In this document: positions 48,885-61,148 of the stretch, in pieces
How positions within the stretch are numbered: the first letter of the stretch is position 1
How the letters are laid out: each line of letters begins with the position of its first letter
NCBI RefSeq assembly: GCF_006345805.1
Contig: NC_043025.1
Coordinates: forward strand, 12,090,001-12,154,000
Length of the DNA: 64,000 bases
Reading direction: 5' to 3'
From: Octopus sinensis
Lineage: Eukaryota
Notes under the pieces: generated by a model
What the model was told of the DNA's origin: nothing
Database searches by the model: none
What the model saw: the letters and a program-made list of their open reading frames with translations, nothing else
Program-made: the position numbers and the translations under genes

Positions 48885-49582
48885 ATATATATATATATAT
48901 ATATGAGATTTACCACATGAACTACTATGAAAAAGTTTGAGAAAGTTATAGTATATAATGTTTTTTGTGCAGGGGTTCCTTGACACATTTATTTTCAGAG
49001 CTACGCAAGAGTAAAAAGCTAAGAAATGACTCAATAAAAAACAAACATTATTGAAAACATAGAAGGAACAGATTTGGGATTTCCAGGTAAATAGGGACTT
49101 ACTTTAGAACTGCAAAATGTAGAGGTGTGTTACCAGAATTGCCCACTGTATTCACATCAATGCCGAGGTGATTCGAGAAGATGTGAACAGCGTCTGTGTG
49201 TCCAAAGGAATTGGACATGGGCAGAAGTGTGTGACCATCGGAATTTTGTGGATTCGTCTAAAGAATACAATAAAAACATCAGAAATGGTTCTAGGGGCTG
49301 GGAGAAGAATTAAAAGAAAAGGCTCCGAAAAAGAGGAAAGAAAGAATCAGATTAATTAAACAGGTGGAATGATTGAGATGGGGAGGGGGTAATTAAGTGA
49401 GGTTTATAGTGCATTTATACACATTTGCATGGCTGTGTGGTAAGTAGCTTGCTTACCAACCACATGGTTCTGGGTTCAGTCCCACTGCGTGGCACCGTGG
49501 GCAAGTGTCTTCTACTATAGCCCTGGGCCAACCAATGCCTTGTGAGTGGATTTGGTAGACGGAAACTGAAAGAAGCCCATCG

Positions 49583-49623
49583 TGTATATATCTAATAGAT
49601 ATATGTATATATACATATATATA

Positions 49624-49699
<76 letters not shown>

Positions 49700-49725
49700 T
49701 ATATATATGTATATATACATATATA

Positions 49726-49775
<50 letters not shown>

Positions 49776-49822
49776 TATATATATGTATAGTATACATATA
49801 TATATATAAATATAGTATATAC

Positions 49823-49853
<31 letters not shown>

Positions 49854-50168
49854 TATATATATACACATATATATATATATAAATATATATGTTATATATA
49901 TACATATATATATATATACACATATATATATATATAAATATATATGTATATATATACATATATAAATATATATGTATATATATACATATATATGTATATA
50001 CATATATATGTATATATACATATATATGTATATATACATATATATGTATTAATCCATATATATGTATATATACATATATATGTAATATACATATATATGT
50101 ATATATCATATATATATATATCTACACATGTATTATATATATACATAATATATATATATATATACATA
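49583..50168. repeat. (TA)n/(TATACA)n microsatellite
   Basis: About 590 nt of almost pure TA/CA dinucleotides; it explains the YI-rich ORFs. Confidence 0.95.
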
Positions 50169-50651
50169 TATAAGCGAGAAAGAAGCAACAAGAATGGATA
50201 GTTTTTTAGTACGATCGTTTCATACAAGGACAGGTTTTATTAAAAGTTGCAAAGATTACAGCATATAAACGAGTCCCTGTAATGCTAATACAATGGATAA
50301 ATTTGTCTTCTGTGAGTATATAATCCCTCATCATATCTATGGAAATTCATATGGATTAGGTCAACCTTCTCTGTGATGCTATCAAAACTTTTTTAAAATT
50401 CTGTGATAAGACTATACATCATCTTTAAGGAACTTTAATGAACTTTAGAAATCTGTTTAATTATCTACATTACTTCATGAGTATAGCCTCAACAAACACT
50501 AGGATGTCTAGAGAACTTACATGTATTTTAGCTGATGAGTACGGGACTCGTTTATATGCTGTAATCTTTGCAACTTTTAATAAAACCTGTCCTTGTATGA
50601 AACGATCGTACTAAAAACCTATCCATTCTTGTTGCTTCTTTCTCGCTTATA
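50169..50651. repeat. 109-bp near-perfect inverted repeat pair (inverted partial PLE terminal repeat)
   Basis: 50169-50277 is the reverse complement of 50543-50651; the right arm carries most of a hammerhead fold. Confidence 0.85.
50526..50616 (+). ncRNA. Type I hammerhead ribozyme fold (probably a PLE terminal repeat)
   Basis: Stem I TTTTAG/CTAAAA. Core CTGATGA at 50532-50538. Stem II GTACGGGAC/GTCCTTGTAT with G-U pairs and one bulge. GAAA at 50599-50602. Palindromic stem III ACGATCGT. Cleavage triplet GUA ending at 50610. Confidence 0.72.
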
Positions 50652-53242
50652 ATCACCCACATACTGTATTGTTAAATCAGTATTGTTTTTTTTGGTGCAT
50701 CTAAGTTAGGTACCATATTCAAGTAAATTTTTTAAATTAACTTGAATCTTTATTGCTCTTTGAATATATACATATATATGTATATACATATATATGTATA
50801 TAGACATATATAATTATATATATATATATAATATACATGTATATATACATGTATATATATATATGTATATATATATATGTATATATATATATATGTATAT
50901 GTATATATAATATATATATAATTTATATATATATATATGCGTGTGTGTCTGTGTCTGTCCCCCTAGCATTGCTTGACAACCAATGCTGGTGTGTTTATGT
51001 CCCCATCACTTAGCGGTTCAGCAAAATAGACCGATAGAATAAGTACTAGGCTTACAAAGAATAAGTCTTTTAAAAGTGTTTAGTTACCTAGAAATTATGT
51101 TAAAAATCTGCCGGTCAAACGGGAAAAATCCAAGATTTTAATTAGTTCTGGACTTACCCAATCACATAATAATGTAAAGCTGTGTGACCAAAGATGTCTC
51201 TTGTGTCCAAATCAGTTCGGGCATCAATTAACCAATTTATTACAACTGTATTGCCCGGTTTACAAGCAGCCATGAGGTACGTTTCACCAAAAAAACCTGT
51301 TTGGTTAATCTGAAGTGAAGAAAGTGAAGGTATTTAGAATGTATTAACCCTTTCGTTACCATATTTCTGACCAAAATACACCCCTCATGAGTTTCATTTA
51401 AATTCTAAAATAATCATGAATCTAGGCTTGTTTCATTAAATAACTGTAACTTTTTTACTTATCAACATTTTAATGTGATATTTGGAACATAATTAAAGAA
51501 AGTGTTCTTAATCAATTCTATTGCATAACTTTTGTCTCAAAGTGACTTTAATTACAGGTAAATTGAGCAAAAGGTAAAAAATATTAAAATGAGCAAAAGG
51601 TAAAAATATTAAAATTTTGTTTAAACATCACTATAGAAAATGAATCATCAGCTAATATTCAAATGGGTATGCAACAAAATTTTGATAAAGAAGAATGTGC
51701 CAATCACTAGATCATCAGTTGAATTTAATGCACAACAGGTGTACCATAAAGGTGGAATAAACTTTAATATTGGAATCCACCGTAAGTTTGACCGAACTAA
51801 AGAAATCGGTCAAAAAATAATATACGGCCCTGGTTATGGTATGGAAGTGATAAATTCCAGACCACATCGTCCCCTAGGCCATGCTGGCTAACATTATTTT
51901 CATCATCATCATCATCGTTTAACGTCCGCTTTCCATGCTAGCATGGGTTGGACGGTTTTCAACTGGGGTCTGGCAAGCCCGAAGGCTGCACCAGGCCAGT
52001 CAGATCTGGCAGTGTTCTACTACAGCTGATGCCCTTCCTAACGCCAACCACTCCGAGAGTGTAGTGGGTGATTTTATGTGCCACCGACACAGGTGCCAGA
52101 CGAGGCTGGCAGACTGCCACGCTCGGATGGTGTTTTTTATGTGCCACCGACACAGGTGCCAGACGAGGCTGGCTGACGGCCACGCTCAGATGGTGTTTTC
52201 TTATGTGCCACCGACACAGGTGCCAGACGGGGCTGGCGGACGGCCACGCTTCAATGGTGTTTGTTACGTGCCCTCTGCACGGAGGCCAGTCATTGCGGTA
52301 CTGGCTACGATCACGTTCGGATGGTTTTCTTATGTGCCACCGGCACTGGTACCACAAGGATACAAATTCCATTGATGTTCATCTATTTTGCCCTGTATAA
52401 AAACTAAATCCACGCAGTACCCAGTATTTGCTTCACAATTTTTCCGAAATTTGAACCCCCATTTTGTGTTTGTTTACTTTCTGCGTAAGTTTGTTTCTGC
52501 ATTGATAGCTTCAAACAATAACTTCCAGACCACATCATACCCTAAGCCATGCTGACTAACATTAGTTTCCCTGTACAAAAACTAAATCTACAACAGTACC
52601 CAGTATTTGTTTCACAAATTTTCCAATTCGGAATCAATGCTTGATAACATGAAACTCCTATCTATTTTCAAAGTTGAAGAAAAATCGATGCCGAAAAAAA
52701 TGTGGAAAAAAATCTCCCAAAATTCAGGGAATTAAAATTACACGTCGATCTTTGTACAAAACTGTAGTTGAACTGTTTACGAAGTATAATACGTGTTTTC
52801 ACGAATGTAGTAAAGAGATTTGCTCTGATATTCTCATTTAAATATGAATAGGTAAATTCGGGCGGGTTTGGTCACATTAACCAAAATTTTTTTCGGTCGG
52901 CTTTAAGGAAAGAGCGACAGACAGACAGAGTAAGGAAGATGCATGAGTGAAAAAAATGGGATATGAAAGAGACACTGATTGATCTCTCCCTATCTCTGTA
53001 TATGTATATATATTTCTTTATTGCCCACAATAAACAAACAAGGACAGACAAAGGGATTAAATCGATTACATCGACCCCAGTGCGTAACTGGTACTTAATT
53101 TATCGACTCCGAAAGGATGAAAGGCAAAGTTGACCTCGGCGGAATTTGAACTCAGAACGTTCAGACAGACGAAATACTGCCAAGAGTTTCGCCCGGTGTG
53201 CCAACGTTTCTGCCAGCTCGCTGCCTTCTGTATATGTATATA

Positions 53243-53430
53243 TTGGGTTGTTCGGAAAGTTCTTGCTGATTTTTGAAGGCAAGAAAAAGATCAATAAATA
53301 CTTGCCATTACATTTTTAATCAACCAAATATGAACCATTTTGTTGCACAATGCGTCTCCATCTTTCCTTTAACTTGAAAATACCCTCTTCCTAGAATTGA
53401 GGTGATTTCATGGCAAAGAATTCATCAAGG
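53243..53430 (-). mobile_element. Mariner transposon 3' end remnant
   Basis: Minus strand LDEFFAMKSPQF*EEGIFKLKERWRRIVQQNGSYLVD* matches a mariner transposase C-terminus. TIR TATTGGGTTGTTCGGAAAGTT; another TIR stub at about 14904. Confidence 0.75.
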
Positions 53431-54919
53431 TATCTTTTTACGTTTTTCTTATTCAGTATAAGATGCCTGTCTTAGTTGCAACCTCACTATTGTATGACTG
53501 AAGGAGGGGAAAATCATGAGACAAATCTCCCCCAATATATTACTGCTACCATTGATATTAAATATGAAGTGGAAGAGAACACTGCCAAGATTTCACATGT
53601 GAGCTGTGATGGGACACACAGTGAAATAAGAGAAACCATCTAAGCAAACCAACTGTAAAGATTAGACCATATTTGGTGTTAGCTTGCTAACCAACCACAT
53701 GGTTCCGGGTTCAGTCCCACAGTGTGGCACCTTGGGCAAGTGTCTTCTACTATAGCCTCGGGCTGACCAATGCCTTGTGAGTGGATTTGGTAGACGGAAA
53801 CTGAAAGAAACCTGTCGTATATATGTATGTATGTGTGTGTGTGTCTGTGTTTGTCCCCCTAGCATTGCTTGACAACCGATGCTGGTGTGTTTATGTCCCC
53901 GTCACTTAGCGGTTCGGCAAAAGAGACCAATAGAATAAGTACTGGGCTTACAAAGAATAAGTCCCGGGGTCGATTTGCTCGACTAAAGGCGGTGCTCCAG
54001 CATGGCCGCAGTCAAATGACTGAAACAAGTAAAAGTAAAGTAAGTAAAGAACAAGTGAAGACCTGTAAAGGGTCTCTGACCCTCGGGAATAATTGTGCAC
54101 ATTTCAAATACTTCAGACAGGGTTTTAGTTTTATGTCATTCTCTGGTAAAACCCATGAAATTCTCCATTAATGTGTTATCTCTAGGGTCCAGTGTAGCAG
54201 TACTTTCATCAATTGCTATAAAGATGAAAAAGATTTAAGAAAGAAAGTACCTATTTCTTTATTGCCCACAAGGGGCTAAACATAGAGGGGACAAACAGAT
54301 TAAATCGATTACATCGACCCCAGTGCGTCACTAGTACTTAATTTATCGACCCCGAAAGGATGAAAGGTAAAGTCGACCTCGGTGGAATTTGAACTTAGAA
54401 CGCAGCGGCAGATGAAATGTCACAAAGCGTTTCACCTGACGTGGTAACGATTCTACCAGCTCGCCCCGACTGGCTCCTGTGCCGGTGGCACGTAAAGAAC
54501 ACCAACCGATCGTGGCCGTAGCCAGCCTCCCCTGGCACCGTGCTGGTGGCATGTAAAAAGCACCCACTACACTCTCAGAGTGGTTGGCATTAGGAAAGGC
54601 ATCCAGGTGTAGTAACATTGCCAGATCAGATTGAAGCCTGGTGCAGCCTCCTGGCTCTCCACACCTCAGACAAACCCTCCGACCCATGCCAGCATGGAAA
54701 ACGGACGTTAAACGATGATGATGATGATGATATAAAATAATAAATAGTCAAGGCAATACAAAGAACAACTTACTTCATCTTTATTTTTCTTGATAATGTT
54801 TTCGGCACCTTCGATGTCACCATTGTCAAAGTCCATGCTTTTTGAATAAAAGATGTAAAGAAAGAAGGTAAAAATAGCTCTGAAGAAATTTATAAAGAGA
54901 AGCAAACAACAATATACAG

Positions 54920-56041
54920 GGTACTACAAGCGAACAGTGGTCCCGGTGCGAGCTAGCTAGTCGTAAGTAGTCGATCCTACATCTTTTTAACCCTAACCTT
55001 TGTTTATAAAAATAATTTATTTACTTAGTTTAAAGTTTTAAACTTCGTATACTGGTAGAATGTGTTTATAAAACATCTTTTTCTCTTGGCTTTATTGAGA
55101 AAATTCTATAGTTTGTGAGATATTTGTTGTTTTCTTTCTTCGATTTCTGCAATTTCAACCAATCAATGACGTCTATTGAGATTAAAAAAAAACATTCTGT
55201 GCCGTATGAATATTCCTCGTTTAAGAAACAGATTGGGTTTATTTACATTTGTGAAGAAAAAAGATACCTTTCACCCCACCCCTAACCCTAACCCTAAAAC
55301 AGATTGAAATGCAATAGATCGATACTAGGGTCATAATTATGGGTGACAATTTCATATGACACCGCTAGGTCATATGAAATTGTCACCCATAATTATGACC
55401 CTAGTATCGATCTATTGCCTTTCAATCTGTTTTAGGGTTAGGGGTGGGGGGAAGGGTATCTTTTTTTCTTCACAAATGTAAATAAACCCAATCTGTTTCT
55501 TAAACGAAGGACATATTCATACGACACAGAATGTTTTTTACCTCAATAGACGTCACTGATTGGTTGAAATTGCAGAAATCGAAGAAAGAAAACAACAAAT
55601 ATCTTACAAACCATAGAATTTTCTTAATAAAGCCAAGAGAAAAAGATGTTTTATAAACACATTCTACCAGTATACAAAGTTTAAAAGTGTTTAGTTACGT
55701 GGAAATTATTTTAAAAAACTGCCTTTCAAACTGAAATTTAACAAAAATTGCTTATTTAGTCTTTTATTTATTTTGCTAGGTAGTCGTCGTAGTATCGACT
55801 ACTTACGACTAGCTAGCAATTACTATGTGTAAAAAGACTATCATGCAAGCTAGTCGTGACTAGTCGATCCTTACTTTGTGTTTTTGTGTTTTATTTACTT
55901 TGTTTTTAAAAAAAATTATTTATTTTGTGTTTTATTTACTTCGCTAGGTAGTCGTTGTAAGATCGACTAGTCACGACTAGCTAGCGCCGATGCGCGAATA
56001 CGCGAGTGCGCGCACCGGGACCACTGTTCTTAAGTAGTACC
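54920..56041. mobile_element. Unclassified TIR element enclosing a roughly 330-bp-arm palindrome
   Basis: Outer TIR GGTACTAC..GAACAGTGGTCCCGGTGCG / CGCACCGGGACCACTGTTC..GTAGTACC. Inner palindrome centred on the loop ACCGCTAG at 55361-55368. A further end copy starts at 60079. Confidence 0.7.
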
Positions 56042-56163
56042 AAAAAATTTATTTACTTCGTTTTAAAAAAAATGGCGATGTTTCGCATGTCGTAGCACAA
56101 GTTTTCCGTCGATTTCCGTAAAAAACTTTTATTTTTTTACATAAGTAATGAGAGCGAAAGAGA

Positions 56164-56666
56164 CTAAGAAAAGCGATTTTATGACGAGGAAGTTTCTCTT
56201 TGAAGTTACCGTGTGTGTGTCTGATGGGGTGTGGGAGACAGACAGTGGGTTGTGTAAGTGAAGTGCTTCTATTAGTGTGTGTGAAGAGACAGAGAGAGTA
56301 ATGTGTGAAAGAGAGAGATAACTGATTTTTTACTCGGTGTATGTGTATATGTATGTATGCATGTATGTGTGTGTGTGTATGTATGGCCGATTCATCGTAA
56401 TTACAATGAATCGGCCATACATACATACACACACACACATACATAGATACACACACACACATACATAGATACATACACACACACATACATGCATACATAC
56501 ACACACACACCGAGTAAAAAATCAGTTATCTCTTTCTTTCACACACACTAACAGAAGCACTTCACTTACACAACCCCCTGTCTGTCTCCCACACCCCATC
56601 AAAATGCTTCCCCTAGACGGTAACTTCAAAGAGAAACTTCCTCGTCATAAAATCGCTTCCTCTTAG
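56164..56666. repeat. Large imperfect palindrome (arms of about 230-260 bp)
   Basis: CTAAG..AGCGATTTTATGACGAGGAAGTTTCTCTTTGAAGTTACCGT is mirrored by ACGGTAACTTCAAAGAGAAACTTCCTCGTCATAAAATCGCT..CTTAG; centre at 56396-56405. Confidence 0.85.
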
Positions 56667-56853
56667 TGCCAAAAAAATATTTACTCTCTCGTTCTCGTTT
56701 ACTTGTTTCAGTCATTTGACTGCGGCCATGCTGGAGCACCGCCTTTAATCGAGCAACTCGACCCCGGGACTTATTCTTTTGTAAGCCCAGTACTTATTCT
56801 ATCGATCTCTTTTTGCCGAACCGCTAAGTGACGGGGACATAAACACACCAGAC

Positions 56854-56894
<41 letters not shown>

Positions 56895-57649
56895 CATACA
56901 TATATACGACGGGCTTCTTTCAGTTTCCGTATACCAAATCCACTCACAAGGCATTGGTCGGCCCGGGGCTATAGCAGAAGACACTTGCCCAAGGTGCCAC
57001 GCGGGACTGAACCCGGAACCATGTGGTTGGTAAACAAGCTACTTACCACACAGCCACTCCTGCTATATATATATATATATATATATACATAATATACGAC
57101 AGGCTTCTTTCAGTTTCCGTCTACCAAATCCACTCACAAGGCATTGATCGGCCCGGGGCTATAGCAGAAGACACTTGCCCAAGGTGCCACGCAGTGGGAC
57201 TGAACCCGGAACCATGTGGTTGGTAAGCAAGCTACTTACCACACAGCCACTCCTGTGTAAAAAAAATTTCCACTAGCTAGCTAGTCGTGGCAAGTCGATC
57301 CTACCACGCCTACCTATTTAATTAAACAAAGTAATTAATTACTTTTTAAAGCTAATTAAATAAAAATAACCCCCCTACCTGCTTTTGGTACCCACCCCTA
57401 ATCATACTATTAAAACATCGTTTTACCTTCTAATTACTTTCAACCGAATTTGTACGAAACTTTTGTTACAGGATCGACATAATTCTGGGAAAGGTCACCT
57501 TGAACAGGTGTTTAATAAATTGGGGAGGAACTGCCACGTGGCAATTCAACAACGATATAATTAAATCGTACCATACAGATAAGAAAAGCAATTAAAGATA
57601 CGATAAAACGTTTACCTACAACTAAATAAAGTACGAAATAATAAATAAA

Positions 57650-57841
57650 TAGTATATATATACACTATATATATACATGGTGTGTTTATATACAGTGTAT
57701 ATATACACTATATACGTAGTGTATATACATACACTATATATATACACACTATATAGTGTGTATATATATATACACACTATATACAGTGTGTATATATATA
57801 TATATACACACTATATACAGTGTGTATATATATATATATAT

Positions 57842-57881
<40 letters not shown>

Positions 57882-58108
57882 TATATACAGTGTGTGTATA
57901 ATATATATATACACACACTATATACAGTGGTATATATATATATACACACACACTATATACAGTGTGTATATATATATATATACACACTATATACAGTGTG
58001 TATATATATATATAATATATATGTAGATATATATACACACACTATATACAGTGTGTGTAATATATATTATATATATATATATAATATATAACACACACAC
58101 TATATACA

Positions 58109-58150
<42 letters not shown>

Positions 58151-58165
58151 TATATACAGTGTGTG

Positions 58166-58196
<31 letters not shown>

Positions 58197-58240
58197 TATA
58201 TACAGTGTATATATATGCACACAACTGTATATTGAAATAT
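57650..58240. repeat. Composite (TA)/(CA)/(TG) microsatellite with a recurring ACACTATATACAGTGT unit
   Basis: Visible directly in the sequence. Confidence 0.9.
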
Positions 58241-58305
58241 ATTTACGAATTTATTCGTTTGCCTGCATTATGCTGGGGTGCCCAAAACTGTCCCATTATA
58301 AAAAT

Positions 58306-58347
<42 letters not shown>

Positions 58348-58519
58348 ATACATACACAGATATATACATTCTGTTTCCAGTTTCAAAGAGAAGGAAAGAA
58401 TTCTTTGCATTACCTCAAGGAAGAACTTTTCGAACATGTCTGAATTTCAAATCTGCAATAATGAATAAATTATCTCAACTATTTATATCCGGCTCAAGAA
58501 GAAGGCGTGGTCAATTTAC

Positions 58520-59925
58520 TTTCAGCCAATGAAATTACTCGTTTTAGATTATTTATTTATTTAAGTTATCAATTTAATTTTATTTATTTATTGTATCTTT
58601 TATTATTCTTTCCCAAAAATGTTACCTTATTGCAATTTCTTTTATTTATTCCAAGTCTAGGTTTTATTTCGGCAAAAACTATATAACAAGACCTCGATTG
58701 TTTCCGTGTCAACTCCACAGTTCACTTCGGATATCTTCGTGACTCCGTGAGCCAACGAAGCTACTCGTTTTAGTTTATTTATTTAATTTATTCATTTAAT
58801 TTAATTTATTTATTGTATCTTTTATTATTATTATTATTATTCTCTCCCCCAAATCGTGCCTTATTGCAATTTCTTTTATATATTTAGAAGTTTGGGCCTT
58901 CTTTCGTTTTAATTCGACAAAACTGTTAACAAGACCTCGGTTATTTCCGTATCAACTCCACAGTTCACTTCGGATATCTTCGTGACCTCCGTGGCCAACG
59001 AAGCTACTCGTTTTAGTTTATTTATTTATTGTATCTTTTATATATTTAGAAGTTCGGGCCTTCCTTCCTTCGTTTTAACTCGGCAAAACTCTAACATGAC
59101 CTCGATTGTTTCCGTGTCAACTCCACAGTTTACTTCGGATATCTTCGTGAGCCAATAAAACTACTCGTTTCAGTTTATTTCAAATTTTTTAGTTAACTAG
59201 AAAATTCCGTCCATCAAAAGGAAAAAATCCAAACTATATAACAAGACCTCGGTTATTTCCGTGTCGACTCCACAGTTCACTTCGGATATCTTCTCTGTCC
59301 ATCTTTTAGAAAAGATCCGCCAAAAATCTTACCTTATTGCAATTTCTTTTATTTATTCAAGTTTGGGCTTTCCTTCGTAAAACTATATAACAAGACCTCG
59401 GTTATTTCCGTGTCGACTCCACAGTTCACTTCGGATATCTTCGTGACCCCCGTGAACCAACGAAGCTACACGTTTTAGTTTATTTATTTAATTTATTCAT
59501 TATAAATAATTTATTTATTGTATCTTTTATTATTATTATTCTCTCCCAAAAATCTTACCTTATTGCAATTTCTTTTATATATTTAGAAGTTTGGGCCTTC
59601 TTTCGTTTTAATTCGGCAAAACTAAATAACAAGACCTCGGTTATTTCCGTGTCAACTCAACAGTTCACTTCGGATATCTTCGTGACCTCCGTGAGCCAAC
59701 GAAGCTACTCGTTTTAGTTTATTTATTCATTATAAATAATTTATTTATTGTATCTTTTATTATTATTATTATCTCTCAAAAATCTTACCTTATTACAATT
59801 TCTTTTATTCAATTCAAGTTTTGGCTTTCCTTCGTTTTAACTCGGCAAAACTATATTAACAAAACCTCGGTTGTTTCCGTGTCAACTCGACAATTCACTT
59901 CGGATATCTTCGTGACCTCCGTGAC
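58520..59925. repeat. Satellite-like tandem array, about 7 units of about 150-240 bp
   Basis: The core AACAAGACCTCGGTTATTTCCGTGTCAACTCCACAGTTCACTTCGGATATCTTCGTGACC recurs at about 58686, 58927, 59093, 59240, 59389, 59628 and 59858. Confidence 0.9.
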
Positions 59926-60331
59926 AGTATGGAGTCCTGCTTTTATGTATTTACGAGCAAAACGCCCCACCCTGTCCAATGGACGGTGCTGAGTCGTCAA
60001 ACATTTAAACCAAATTTTCTCAAAACAACTTGTCCGACAGTCCCATAGGCCTCTCCTTTGAGAAACACTGATTTAGCCGGTACTACTTGAGAACAGTGGT
60101 CCCGGTGCGCGCACTCGCGTACTCACGCTAGCTAGTCGTGACTAGTCGATCCTTACTTTGTGTTTTTGTGTGTTATTTACTTTGTGTAATAAAATTATTT
60201 ATTTTGTTTCTTTGTAAGCCTAGTACTATTCTATTGGTCTCTTTTGCTGAACCGCTAAGTTAGGAGGATTTAAACACACCAGCATCAGTTGTCAAGCGAT
60301 GTTGGGGGGAAACACAAACACACACACACAC

Positions 60332-60375
<44 letters not shown>

Positions 60376-61111
60376 CACCATGATCCCCGTGACCGACCGG
60401 GCTATCAGATGTTGCTACACATCGCTGGTTACAATGCGCTTTGCATTGTTTTTTAGCCTTCAAACGACGCCACCCTGCTGGCTAAGCGAGCAGGCCAACA
60501 AGAAAGAGTGAGAGAAAGTTGTGGCGAAAGAGTACAGCAGGGATCACCACCACAACCCCCTGCCGGAGCCTCGTGGAGCTGTAAGTGTTTTCGCTCAATA
60601 AACACACACAACGTCTGGTCTAGGAATTGAAACTGCGAGTCCGCTGCCCTAACCACTGGGCCATTGCGCCTCCACATACATACATACATACATACACACA
60701 TATACACATATATACGACGGGTTTTTTTCAGTTTCCGTCTATAGTAGAAGACACTTGACCAAGGTGCCATGCAGTGGGACTGAACCCGGAACCATGTGGT
60801 TGGTAAGCAAGCTACTTTATTGCATGAAAATTCGCCATTAAGGCGTTACATAGAGGGGACATACAAGGACAGACAAACATATAGGGTATAGTAGCTTAAA
60901 GCGTTTTTTAAAAATTTACAATATGATTTTTATATAGTAGGCGCAGGAGTGGCTGTGTGGTAAGTAGCTTGCTTACCAACCACATGGTTCCGGGTTCAGT
61001 CCCACTGCGTGGCATCTTGGGCAAGTGTCTTCTGCTATAGCCCCGGGGCCGACCAAAGCCTTGAGTGGATTTGGTAGACGGAAACTGAAAGAAGCCTGTC
61101 GTATATATGTG

Positions 61112-61148
<37 letters not shown>

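Larger units (their letters stand above)
47197..54879 (-). pseudogene. Ankyrin-repeat plus C-terminal RING gene (Mind bomb/MIB-like E3 ligase), probably disabled
   Basis: Minus-strand exons with GTAAGT donors and YAG acceptors. 54836-54774: MDFDNGDIEGAENIIKKNKDE, phase 0 exit. 51309-51158: INQTGFFGETYLMAACKPGNTVVINWLIDARTDLDTRDIFGHTALHYYVIG. 49257-49103: TNPQNSDGHTLLPMSNSFGHTDAVHIFSNHLGIDVNTVGNSGNTPLHFAVL. 47365-47197: RSQVEDQSTCTIRMDRRWNV, then a frameshift, then FECGHTACKERGGQLNRCCLCKNPTVKKKIVVGR*. Linking exons are missing or degenerate. Confidence 0.72.

Noticed and set aside
48885-48988. N-terminal part of the 375-aa helicase ORF
   Set aside because: It derives from a (TA)n run and a hAT-type MITE fragment (similar to 40120-40245), not from helicase sequence.
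49453-50227. Long Tyr/Ile/His-rich ORFs (also at 24-25 kb and 57.6-58.4 kb)
   Set aside because: Translations of TA/CA microsatellites.
49428-51066. One SINE split by a 1.4-kb insertion (head at 49428, tail at 50941)
   Set aside because: The intervening sequence includes a probable decayed host exon (50660-50760), so two separate half-SINEs are equally likely.
54060-54215. Minus-strand segment reading IDESTATLD...E*HKTKTLSEVFEMCTII (ABC Walker-B-like, or a selenocysteine read-through)
   Set aside because: The similarity is short and weak, the splice phase does not fit the neighbouring exons, and there is no SECIS or other ABC motif.
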